DNA of 64,000 bases. It comes from an uncultured Planctomycetaceae bacterium. GTDB taxonomy: Bacteria; Planctomycetota; UBA1135; GCA-002686595. A model generated the notes under the pieces. That model was not told the DNA's origin, searched no databases, and saw nothing but the letters and a program-made list of their open reading frames with translations. Numbering within the stretch: position 1 is the first letter of the stretch; each line of letters opens with the position of its first letter. Both the position numbers and the translations under genes were made by a program. Of the stretch, positions 29,501-37,719 are shown piece by piece. The stretch covers positions 83,753-147,752 of the forward strand of contig CAYQKK010000002.1 of NCBI GenBank assembly GCA_964417955.1. The letters are read 5' to 3'.

Positions 29501-29659
29501 ACGTGCCCCAGCCGCCGCGATCCACACATCCTGCACCAGATCATCCGCATCGGCGGAGTTGCGAACGAGCGACTGAGCCAAGCGGCGCAGGAAGGGCCCG
29601 TGATCTGTCATCGCGGACTCAAGGTTGAAAGAGGGTACGGACATGGATTTGCGAGGCAT
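26519..29659 (-). CDS. ECF sigma-70 factor fused to a TM helix and carboxypeptidase-regulatory-like extracytoplasmic domains
   Basis: Region 2 ADDLVQDVW / AWLATVLRR; region 4 LYLRFHDGLKPKAIAERMDVPVKTVNSWLHRG; TM AAVALVAGLAVATVGAGLWW; GRVVD repeats. The true start may be 29644 or 29611. Confidence 0.85.
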   Translation of the reverse strand: MPRKSMSVPSFNLESAMTDHGPFLRRLAQSLVRNSADADDLVQDVWIAAAGARSGVIREPRAWLATVLRRRAASEGRRLRPESLGGAAPETQSRESAQDEVLHQLERETKLQQALVALEEPYRSALYLRFHDGLKPKAIAERMDVPVKTVNSWLHRGLQKLRDELDGAYGGGEEGRAAWLSGMALLATGGRAASHAAPSAASGIAGAKISSAAVALVAGLAVATVGAGLWWHQRTETVAPLGEPPIASSSEVTLAGVTGPAAGALAATGPAKARTLAGSAVDPAGSLAPGAGATASAEHGVEVVVTACRVSGEPVAGHPLVLTQRGWSGTPGAESLLTTDANGRVAFQVDPDLKYQLSDMLGSNWLYLDDELASLEEGGTLSKALLLRPTTAVSGRVVDSVGEPQPGATIYATYMDNRGTSWFPIAEADAAGHYAIEAGDQMLFEAVVPGRLPSEAVLPMRAPANGGGASGAREVDLVIGPVGATLSGRVVDGEGTPVEGAAVTAGLFAAQGEPLDHTRRPSPVLVFTDANGRFEYPVALPSGEQPIAASAPGYATNSFVESFDGEPKELTITLTGGVTIEGRVVRPDGSPAAGASVALSDPEARWWDTFYGPRHGDYTDDEGRFELIHVGAEAGELRARHADGAVLKARLAWTRSENEPAGIQLAEGQVIAGRVVDEYGQPLQGLVVDGTMGNFERTDGLIMTDEDGKFRLSSLPHPSSSLPEGFDARWKVSVRTNDNSMRVEIAAVEGVSPGTLDLEIVAAIPAPTTAFIEGRIAGFGDGIPPNTTLFLSQQTGKKLTEETNRAIDFDPATGDFHFGPIAPGTYGLVIYLPNSGEIASLEGIVVGDGDVKEVGEISSANAGAAEVTLSVELPDIFPEGQLPGLIRDQQLELVSAHRRYEMKSIDGGWRTAHPMPPGTYELQRRSGEVLCIPRVPVTIEAGVNAEVQVQAVVGRPMMIWALMDPAADWGRVELRFYSQSNELMQVSRSRTKADLNEEEKLSFRDASPLGLTRIEVWMDGVKSNIETTVEVLYWTEPMDPLTIDAR

Positions 29660-29839
29660 GGGGCTGCTGGGGTCGCCCGGTGGATTCAGGCGACTCCATG
29701 GAGAGTGCCGTTCCGGGCGCGTTCACAGGCAGGTCGCGTTGCGCCCCAGTTCACCGCAGCTCTATTCCAGATTCTCTACCAACCGAAGCCCCCGAAGGCA
29801 TCCGGCGAAGCTCCAAGCCAGAGACGATGTCGGGCGAGG

Positions 29840-31231
29840 CTACGGACAGAAGGTGATCTGGAGCGCGTCTGACGTATTGGCCCCAGTTCCCATCGCAGCG
29901 CTGTCCCGGTACCACGTTTGGAAGATCCAGGTCGAGTAGGCGATCACCGAGGTGTTCACCAAGGGCGCCGATTGGAAATCCAAGTGCTGTGTAAGCCTGC
30001 CGTTGCTCCCCACTCGTGCCGGTGAGCCGAAGCGTTGGATTCCCCCGAATGGCGAGATACAAAGCCATCCGTCGCCAAACGGCAGCTGGGCGGGCTCTGC
30101 CCCGAAGACCATCAGCGAGTAGGTCTCGGGCGGAGCCGAGCTGAGTTCCAGGGAGAACTGATTCTGCGCAATCCGGGGTTCACCGATCGCCTGCAGCAGG
30201 GCCGGTGCGCCGGTGGAGTTGACCGTCGACGCGCAGATGCTCTCCACGGAAGCGACGCAAGGAGCCACATCCGCAATCCCGCACAGCTGACTTCCGACGA
30301 GGGCGATGAAGCCGACCTCGCCTTCGAGGACGGCAAAGCGCGTCGGGCTGCTGAACGTACCGAAGGCACACGGAACCGTGACCGAATCGATCTGCGTCTG
30401 ACTGACCGTATTCCAGGTCTCTACCGTGTTGGTCGGACCCGTAACGAAGACGCGGTTAGGGTCGATGTCAAAGCGTGGGATCCCGTCGCCGACCTGACCG
30501 ATGACGTCCAATGTATCGGCGTCGAGGATCTGGCCCGTCCGAAGGTGCAACGTGCTCCCGTTCGGATTGAGGTCGTAGTTGAGCGTTCCGCCAACGGATC
30601 CGTGATCATCCTCTGCGACGATCGGGGCATTGGCCTGGGTCAGGTCAAGTCGGTACATGGAAGCCGGGCTGAAGCAAGCACCCACGTAGAGGGAAGTGCG
30701 GTCCGCGTTCACTTCGAAGGTCGGCGCGCAACGGATGATTCGATTGCTGGCGACCCGCTCGGCCGCATTCCCGTTCAAGAGATCAACCTTGACGATGTAG
30801 GCGAATCCGTTGCTCGACGGGTTGGAAGAGACGAACAGCTCACCCGGTCGCGCCTCGATCACGTCGTACGTCCTAGGGTCGTCGAGAAGCGTCGTCAGCT
30901 GAATGTCGGACTGCCCGAGGGTCACGAGATCGACCACCGCCACCGAACCTGCGCCGTTCTTCGCCACGAAGAGCCGCGACGAATCGATCGAAAGTGCAAG
31001 ACCTTGAGGCCGCGGAGCCACGCCGATCGAGCCGATCTCAACCCAGCTATTGGAGTCCACGATCGCCACCCGGTTCTCATCGGGAAGCGAGACGTAGACG
31101 CGGGAGCGACTCGCATCCACAGCGAGATCGTGGGCGCTACTCGCGAAATCGAGCGAGACGGACTGTTGAGCGAATACGGAAGCCGTCATCGAAACGGCGG
31201 CGACGAGCAGTGCAATAGGAAGAAGCTTCAT
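29840..31231 (-). CDS. Secreted YncE-like beta-propeller protein with C-terminal two-Cys module
   Basis: MKLLPIALLVAAVSMTASVFAQ signal; DASRSRVYVS and PQGLALSIDSSRLFVA blades; module at 29840-30246. Confidence 0.8.
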   Translation of the reverse strand: MKLLPIALLVAAVSMTASVFAQQSVSLDFASSAHDLAVDASRSRVYVSLPDENRVAIVDSNSWVEIGSIGVAPRPQGLALSIDSSRLFVAKNGAGSVAVVDLVTLGQSDIQLTTLLDDPRTYDVIEARPGELFVSSNPSSNGFAYIVKVDLLNGNAAERVASNRIIRCAPTFEVNADRTSLYVGACFSPASMYRLDLTQANAPIVAEDDHGSVGGTLNYDLNPNGSTLHLRTGQILDADTLDVIGQVGDGIPRFDIDPNRVFVTGPTNTVETWNTVSQTQIDSVTVPCAFGTFSSPTRFAVLEGEVGFIALVGSQLCGIADVAPCVASVESICASTVNSTGAPALLQAIGEPRIAQNQFSLELSSAPPETYSLMVFGAEPAQLPFGDGWLCISPFGGIQRFGSPARVGSNGRLTQHLDFQSAPLVNTSVIAYSTWIFQTWYRDSAAMGTGANTSDALQITFCP

Positions 31232-31306
31232 GCTTCCGAATGTACCACCCGAACTTGAATCCTGCACACCGGCGCGTCGACCGTCGCCCGGTAGCTACGG
31301 ACACAG

Positions 31307-31978
31307 TCACTGGGACTCAACGTCGACTAGGGTGACATACCCGTCGCGCAGGCGGAGGAAGATCTGGGTCTCGTAGGTCTCGGTCAGCTCGTTGTAGTCC
31401 TCGCCATAGACCCAGTGGACTCCCTTTTCATTGCTCCAGACCTCCGTCGGAGGACCGAACCGCTTCATCAAGTCCCGATCCGACGTGAACTTCAGGTTCT
31501 CCTCAGCCGCAGCCTGGTCGAGCTTCCAGTCGTCGATGAAGTTGCGGCACTCCATCCAATCGACTTCATGCTTATCCTCGCGCAGCTCATCGAGGCTGAG
31601 GGGGTCAGCTGGGGCCTGGGCGTGCGTCGTCCACATGGCTTCCGTGCGGTCAAGTCGCTGCCTGAGTGACTCGATGGAGAGGACTAGCTCGCGCAGCTCG
31701 GCCGCGTCCAGTCCAGCCTCGCCAGCAGGGACGCGCCCGAGATCTCCAGGTGACAAGGACGGTGGTGGGATGAGCTCGCGACTCGGGCCGCGATCCAGAG
31801 ACGCGACCTCTCGACCCAGCTCATCCAAGCGATCGAGCACCCGCTGCAGCTCGTCGCCGCTGGAGCGATCCGTCCCGCGGCTCGGCTGGGCCACGGGGCC
31901 CCTCAACGAACCCAAGTACCAACCGGCAGTGCCAGCCACCAGGGCTACACTCACTGCGATGCTAGCGGTTCGACTCAT
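31307..31978 (-). CDS. Hypothetical membrane-anchored coiled-coil protein
   Basis: 223 aa; N-terminal TM segment, heptad-like stretches, C-terminal KRFGPPTEV. Confidence 0.65.
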   Translation of the reverse strand: MSRTASIAVSVALVAGTAGWYLGSLRGPVAQPSRGTDRSSGDELQRVLDRLDELGREVASLDRGPSRELIPPPSLSPGDLGRVPAGEAGLDAAELRELVLSIESLRQRLDRTEAMWTTHAQAPADPLSLDELREDKHEVDWMECRNFIDDWKLDQAAAEENLKFTSDRDLMKRFGPPTEVWSNEKGVHWVYGEDYNELTETYETQIFLRLRDGYVTLVDVESQ

Positions 31979-32017
31979 GGGGTGCTCACCAGCGTACGCG
32001 GCACCGCCGAATCCCGC

Positions 32018-34336
32018 CTAGCGAATCGGCAGCGTGAGCTCGCCTGGCTCGTTCGCGATGGGGACCGCTGTGCTGCCGGGGGCTAGGTCGGTCCAGTAGA
32101 GCGGGGCAAACTGGTCCGACTGGGACACATCACGATCTGCAAAGAGCAGCTGGTTCTCCGTAGGAACCAGGATCAGCTCGGCATCCGGGGTCGCAGCCGT
32201 GAAAACGAGCTCGGCGCTTGAGAGAGGGTCGTTCGTCGGGTCGCCGCGGCGTAGGACGCGGATCTCTCCGCCGCTGCCCACGAGGGAGATCGCCGCTACA
32301 TCCCGTGAGCCAGCCGCGGGGACGGCGTCGGAGAGGAACGGCGCGCGTAGGCTGAAACCCGAGAGCTCCTCTGGTGCGGAGGCTCCGGTTGGGTCCAGTG
32401 CCAAAACGGACGGAGCGGGCGTCGTAAAGTACGCGACGCCGCTCATGGCCTGGGCGGTGCTCGCGTCGTAGCGGTCGGCCTCGGGCGCGTCCACCAACAG
32501 CTCGAACGTTCCGCCTGCTTTGGGAACCGCCATCACGCGGCGCGTTCCGCTGCCGCCGCGCATCGAGAACACCACGTGATCCCCAACGGGAACGAGGTCG
32601 CTGAAGGCAGCGCCGCCCGCGCCCACGCTCGCCGTCTGGGCGAGCTCGATGACTCCCACGCCGGCCTCTCGGCTAATGATCGAAGCCCCCGCCAGATCCT
32701 CGCGACTGGCGAAGAGTCGCTCGCCGTCGAAGCGGCCGAGGCTATAGGTGGCTCCCACTCCCGTGTCGAGGAAAGTCGTCGAGGTCTCGCCCGGATCGAT
32801 CACGGCGAGCTGGCCCGCGCGTGCGTAGTAGAGCGCGCCAGCCGGGCTCACCGCGGCAGAAGTGACTCCGGTGGCGATCAACTCCGAGCTCTGCTCGACC
32901 GAGAGACGCCGCAGCTCGTCGCCCGCGTCCACCAGCGTAGCCATGCCACGGTACTCACCGTCCGTATCCATCAGCATCCCGAGGACGTCGGTCGACGCCG
33001 TGAGAAGCGCCGACGCAGAGGTCGGTGCCACGACCCCAAGCTCGATCATGAAGCGGTCGCTCGCGCGATCGCCTACCACGACCGTCGTCGTCTGGGCACG
33101 ATCCACGAACACAGCCAGGCTCAGGATCGGCGAGCCGTTGCCCGTGAAGACCCTGACGGGCGGCAGCACAATTCGGCCGCCATCCACGTCGAAGCGCTGG
33201 GCGAGGTCCACCCAGTAGATGTCGCCCCCCGCGGTGTAGACCATGGCGTCACGCAACATGGTGACTGAGCCGCTTCCGTCGCCAGCGAGCACCGGCCGTT
33301 CGACGACTTCAGCGAAGTTGGCCACGTCGAGGCTGAGCGCGCCCGATCCGAGGGCCTCGCTCCCTAGGGAGTCCACGAGAACCACCACTCCGCTTGATGA
33401 CGTCGCCTCATCGGGCCGGACGCCCATGAGGGTTTGAGCTCCCTCGACGTCCCTGACGTAGGAGAGAAACGGCGCGCCGACCGCGGGACGTCCACCGGTC
33501 ACGGTCGCGGTGTAGTCGCAGGAGTCCGCGCCGGAAAGCGAAACGTTGAACTCCCCCATCACGGAGGCCCCGCCCGCATCGATGTTCAGAAACGAAGGCG
33601 CGCTGAACTCCATCAGGTCGCCGTTCGCAAGAAGGTCGGAGCCAGAGACATCGAGTCGGTCGCCGCTGAGCACCGCATCGAACTGGAGGCTCTCGCCGCT
33701 CTCGAGGCCGAGATCGAGCAAAAACTGATTCTGACGCTTGGGGTACAGCGTGACGTCGAATGCCTGCACGTCGCCGACCGTGGTGCAGCTGCCACTAACC
33801 ACTGAGGTCCGCGCAGCCCATTCCCAGTCCCCGCGCACCAGGGACACCTGGGTGGCGTCCGCCAGGAACGCTTCCATCTCGCCCATGAAGGCGCAGCTCA
33901 CTCCGCCTTCCGTAAGTGTCGTCGAGATAGGACCCGCTAGCCGCTGGCCGTTCCCAGCGATCGTCCAAACGGCGGGCTCAAGTTCGAACGTCACATCCCC
34001 GACGGTCGACGACCCCGACGCGACGATCGTGTCGCCCTCACGCTGGCCGTTGAACTCGAACACCTGCGGCAACTCCCCGACCTGAAGCAGGTACTCGCCG
34101 CTGGAGGTCTCCGTGATCTCAAGCGTCGAGGCGCTGAACTCATCCCCGTCGCAGTCCGTGCCGTCCAGGAAGAGGTTCCAGGTGCCACCGAGGCTCGCGG
34201 GAGCCGACGTGCCTCCGTTCGAGCCATCGTCATCGCCGTTGCATGACGTGAATGCAAGACCGGCGGCGAGGGTCAGGGCCGCAAGGGACCGACGACTAGG
34301 GGATGAAGAGCGCGGAGAGAGACGGGTGCTATACAT
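32018..34336 (-). CDS. Hypothetical large lipoprotein
   Basis: From ATG 34336: SRRSLAALTLAAGLAFTS|C lipobox; acidic, beta-rich body. Confidence 0.7.
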   Translation of the reverse strand: MYSTRLSPRSSSPSRRSLAALTLAAGLAFTSCNGDDDGSNGGTSAPASLGGTWNLFLDGTDCDGDEFSASTLEITETSSGEYLLQVGELPQVFEFNGQREGDTIVASGSSTVGDVTFELEPAVWTIAGNGQRLAGPISTTLTEGGVSCAFMGEMEAFLADATQVSLVRGDWEWAARTSVVSGSCTTVGDVQAFDVTLYPKRQNQFLLDLGLESGESLQFDAVLSGDRLDVSGSDLLANGDLMEFSAPSFLNIDAGGASVMGEFNVSLSGADSCDYTATVTGGRPAVGAPFLSYVRDVEGAQTLMGVRPDEATSSSGVVVLVDSLGSEALGSGALSLDVANFAEVVERPVLAGDGSGSVTMLRDAMVYTAGGDIYWVDLAQRFDVDGGRIVLPPVRVFTGNGSPILSLAVFVDRAQTTTVVVGDRASDRFMIELGVVAPTSASALLTASTDVLGMLMDTDGEYRGMATLVDAGDELRRLSVEQSSELIATGVTSAAVSPAGALYYARAGQLAVIDPGETSTTFLDTGVGATYSLGRFDGERLFASREDLAGASIISREAGVGVIELAQTASVGAGGAAFSDLVPVGDHVVFSMRGGSGTRRVMAVPKAGGTFELLVDAPEADRYDASTAQAMSGVAYFTTPAPSVLALDPTGASAPEELSGFSLRAPFLSDAVPAAGSRDVAAISLVGSGGEIRVLRRGDPTNDPLSSAELVFTAATPDAELILVPTENQLLFADRDVSQSDQFAPLYWTDLAPGSTAVPIANEPGELTLPIR

Positions 34337-34374
34337 GCTGGGTGGCTGGTCGAAAACCAGAATCAGGGGCCCGG

Positions 34375-34406
34375 GGGAGCGGCGCAATGTACGCATTGCA
34401 GCTCCC
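34375..34406. other. Intergenic stem-loop or palindrome (possible terminator or operator)
   Basis: GGGAGC-ggc-GCAATG-tacg-CATTGC-a-GCTCCC between two minus-strand genes; no clear U tract. Confidence 0.35.
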
Positions 34407-34453
34407 AATCCAAAAGGATCCCCGCCCAGAGGCACGCACCTGTCAAAGGTGTC

Positions 34454-37400
34454 TTACTCGAAGTCGATTTGAAGTCCGTCCGTGAAGTTGGAGGTCGGCT
34501 GGCCAGACACGTTGTCTCGGAACCAGGCCTGGAAGTTCCAGCTCTGGCCGCTGAGCACCGGCTGCGGCGGGTTCGTGGGAACGACGGACAGGTCGATCTC
34601 GACGCTGATGGCACCCAGGCTGCCGGTGCTCTGGGCCTGCAGCGAAAAGCGCGCGACGTCGGAGCTAATGCAGAGATTGCCCTGGCTGCCACCCGGCCCC
34701 TGGATGAACCCCTGGGTTCGCGACGCGACGAAGAAGCCCACGCTGCCCGCGGGCAGCAGTGAAGCGGTGAGTCGCAGGTCGTTGTCGCTGGCGACACGGC
34801 TACCGGCGGCTGACATCACGCCTGACGTTCCCGCGCTGTTGACCACGGCGGGCCCGCAGTAGTTCTGACCAATACCAGGAAGGCTGTTCGGGTTCGCGGG
34901 GTTGCTCCCTGCATCCAGTTCATCCCGGTCGAGCGCTCCATCGAGATCCCGATCGACGCCGAGCCTGACCTGCGTACCGAAGGGAACCACCGTCAGTGTC
35001 AGGGGATCCGCTGGCGTCGCGAGGGCCATCATCCCGGCGAAGGTGAGCTGCTGCGAAGAACGGTCCAGTTGGAAGGATCCCCCTGGAGTGTAGACGGCTC
35101 CGCGCACCGCGCTGCCAAGGAAGGCCCGAGCAACAAGTCCGACCCGACTGAGGTCCGCTTCGGACTGCATCTCGGCGACGAGCGCCGCTGATTCGGTGTC
35201 GAGGGTCGCAAAGTCCGTGATCGTGATCTGCGTCCCGACCCCAGCGTGGGTGTCTTGGCTCGGGGAGCCAGGGGGGAAGAGCGGGTTGCCCGCCGAGCCG
35301 TTCGGAAGGTCCGATCCACCGAAGGCCAGCATGAACGCAATCATGTTCGCAAGGCCCTGGTCCCCTTGGAACTCAAAGGCGGGCGATGACAGGAAGTGCG
35401 CCAGGGACGGAATGCTGCCGTCGTGTAGGAAACCGAATCCGGCTTGCACGCTCGCCTGGGTGAAGTCGAGGCCAACCTTCTTGTACGAACTGCGGAGCTG
35501 CGCAATCTTGATGGCCTTGTTGGTCGAGCCATCCACCGATACGAGTCCGTGGTGCGCTTCCCCGTCAGGACCCGTGGGGAAGTCCACGAACTGGCTCCCG
35601 TTGAAGGTCATGTTCGGACCCATGCCCGTGGGCAGCGTGTGACAAGTGACGCATGCAAAAGGGCCGTCGAGGGTCGCCGGCGGCGTGTAGCGATTGAGGC
35701 CGAGGGTCGCGTTGCCATTCGGCAGAGGAGTGCCAGGCGCGCTAAAACGCCCAACGCTGAAGTGCCCGGGGAGGGGCAGGCTGGTCGGCAGGCTGTTGTC
35801 GAAGTTACGGAAGGGGTTCGGCGGAAAGTGGACCGTCCCAAGGAAGTCCGCGAACTCATCCACATCGGCAGAGCTGGGCGTCGTGTCGTCGCCCTGCAGG
35901 CCCGCGAACGCGGGCAGGAACCCACCGAGGTTGTCCCGGTCACCGCGCCAGTGGAACGGCTCGTTGCCGATGATGTCCTGGAAGGTCTGGGTCGTCATCG
36001 GACCCTTCATCGGGTGAAAGTCCTCGAACCCAGTGTTGAGCCCGGGCAGGTTCATGCCCAGGTTCTGCCCACCCGAACTCTCTACGATCCCAGCCGGGTC
36101 TCCAAGGTCCCATCCAAGACGATCCGTGCGCGCATCCACGTGGCAAGAAGCACAGGAGATGTGACCAAGCCCTGAATTCGCGTGCGTGTCATAGAGGTGC
36201 TTGCGCCCTTCGACAATGGACTCGGGCGATGGATCGTAGAAAGGCGTCCGGCTGGTCTCGATGCGTGCCGCGAGGTTGACCGTCGAGATCGAAGCCTCGA
36301 ACTTGTTGAGCACGAAGGCGCGGCCCCCGGCATCGTCGATCGCGATGCCCGTGGGTCCTTCACCCACCTCGATCGGGGTGCCGATGCGCGCACCGGCTGC
36401 GTTGAACACAGCGACGTTATTGGATCCCATACCCGTGACGTAGCCACGCGCGCCGTCGCTTGTCCAAGCGATGCCGCGGGGATCTCCGAGGGAGAGGTCG
36501 CGGGTTGCCTGGGGCACTGTCGCGGCCTGGTAGGTGAGATGGGGATTGGTGTCGACCACCGCGCCCGCCAGGGTCGACTCGTCCACAATCCCCATGACCA
36601 CGCGCAAGAACACGCCGTTGAGCACCGGCTCGAAGCGGACCTCGTTGGTCGCGTCCGTACCGACCACGGTGACGTTGCCGCTGATCGGATGCACCGCAAG
36701 GGCCATGTTGATGTTCATGAGGCGGTCGGCGTAGGTCACTCCGAGCGTCGCCGCGTCGATGGCCGCCACATCGTGGTCGGTGACGTCCCACCCAGCGATC
36801 CGCCCCGAGTCGGCTGCATCGGGACCGCTCACGAAGTTCGTCCAGTCGCCGCCGTTGTCGTCTAGCCACTGACCCGCGGCGTCCTTCTTGACGATCAGGC
36901 CAACGGCCGGGGGCGTGGGATTGCCCGCGCGCATAGCCGGAACGAAGTCCGTGCCGCTGTTGGGCGGTGGGTTCTGACCGCCGTAGGGACCGCTCGGATC
37001 CGACACCACGTTCGGCAGCGCGAGGGTCACGGAGTCATCGAGACCGCCGCCTAGCACGGTCGAACCGTTGCCCGACTCGAAGACGGCCGCGTACACCGTG
37101 GAACCATCGGCGCTCACCGCCATGGCCCGGGGCTCTTCACCGAGGATCGGGATTTCAGCCAGTGGCGCCGTGGGGGCAACGGGGTCGAAGACCTGCACAA
37201 GGTTGGGCTGGGCGCAGGTCACGAAGGCCCTCAGGGGTGAGCCTGCGAAGACCACGTCCGCGGGCTCGTCCTCCGTCTGCACCGTTCGCACCACGGCCCC
37301 TCGCGCGAGATCAACGATGCTGATCGAATCGGAGATCGAGTTGACGACCCACACCTCGTTGGCTGTCCGCTGGCGCACCGAAACTGGATCGACCCCCACG

Positions 37401-37612
37401 GGCACGTCAAAGAGGTGCACAGGCGCGGCACCGGTGACGTCGAAGACCTCTAGGCGTCCGTCTGGCGTGTTGCAGACAAAGAGCCGACCAGCGGCCGCGT
37501 CGAGCGCCATGGGCGAGACGTGGGCCGTCTCCCAGTTGACGAGGGTCTCCTGCGTCGCAGAGGCTGCAGGAGTCGCGATGGTCGCTAAAGCGAAAAGGGC
37601 GGGGATGCGCAT
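34454..37612 (-). CDS. Secreted beta-propeller + di-heme cytochrome c (peroxidase-like) protein with C-terminal two-Cys module
   Basis: Signal peptide; YVTN-type blades; CxxCH twice (SCASCH, ACVTCH); PFHWRGDR; DRDLDGALDRDE; module at 34454-34873. Confidence 0.85.
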   Translation of the reverse strand: MRIPALFALATIATPAASATQETLVNWETAHVSPMALDAAAGRLFVCNTPDGRLEVFDVTGAAPVHLFDVPVGVDPVSVRQRTANEVWVVNSISDSISIVDLARGAVVRTVQTEDEPADVVFAGSPLRAFVTCAQPNLVQVFDPVAPTAPLAEIPILGEEPRAMAVSADGSTVYAAVFESGNGSTVLGGGLDDSVTLALPNVVSDPSGPYGGQNPPPNSGTDFVPAMRAGNPTPPAVGLIVKKDAAGQWLDDNGGDWTNFVSGPDAADSGRIAGWDVTDHDVAAIDAATLGVTYADRLMNINMALAVHPISGNVTVVGTDATNEVRFEPVLNGVFLRVVMGIVDESTLAGAVVDTNPHLTYQAATVPQATRDLSLGDPRGIAWTSDGARGYVTGMGSNNVAVFNAAGARIGTPIEVGEGPTGIAIDDAGGRAFVLNKFEASISTVNLAARIETSRTPFYDPSPESIVEGRKHLYDTHANSGLGHISCASCHVDARTDRLGWDLGDPAGIVESSGGQNLGMNLPGLNTGFEDFHPMKGPMTTQTFQDIIGNEPFHWRGDRDNLGGFLPAFAGLQGDDTTPSSADVDEFADFLGTVHFPPNPFRNFDNSLPTSLPLPGHFSVGRFSAPGTPLPNGNATLGLNRYTPPATLDGPFACVTCHTLPTGMGPNMTFNGSQFVDFPTGPDGEAHHGLVSVDGSTNKAIKIAQLRSSYKKVGLDFTQASVQAGFGFLHDGSIPSLAHFLSSPAFEFQGDQGLANMIAFMLAFGGSDLPNGSAGNPLFPPGSPSQDTHAGVGTQITITDFATLDTESAALVAEMQSEADLSRVGLVARAFLGSAVRGAVYTPGGSFQLDRSSQQLTFAGMMALATPADPLTLTVVPFGTQVRLGVDRDLDGALDRDELDAGSNPANPNSLPGIGQNYCGPAVVNSAGTSGVMSAAGSRVASDNDLRLTASLLPAGSVGFFVASRTQGFIQGPGGSQGNLCISSDVARFSLQAQSTGSLGAISVEIDLSVVPTNPPQPVLSGQSWNFQAWFRDNVSGQPTSNFTDGLQIDFE

Positions 37613-37719
37613 GGGTGCCAGGACGTGGGTTGAAGAGGAGCAGGGGCTAATGCGGTGCGCACGCGTTTCGATTGCACCTCTCTTCAGATTTCGCTCTCAA
37701 GAACGTAAAAACAGGGCGT

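Noticed and set aside
30035-31258. 407-aa plus-strand ORF, and similar long shadows (20125-21345, 41019-42221, 47036-48109, 56125-57315)
   Set aside because: Each lies opposite a motif-supported gene; long stop-free antisense frames are expected at this GC content
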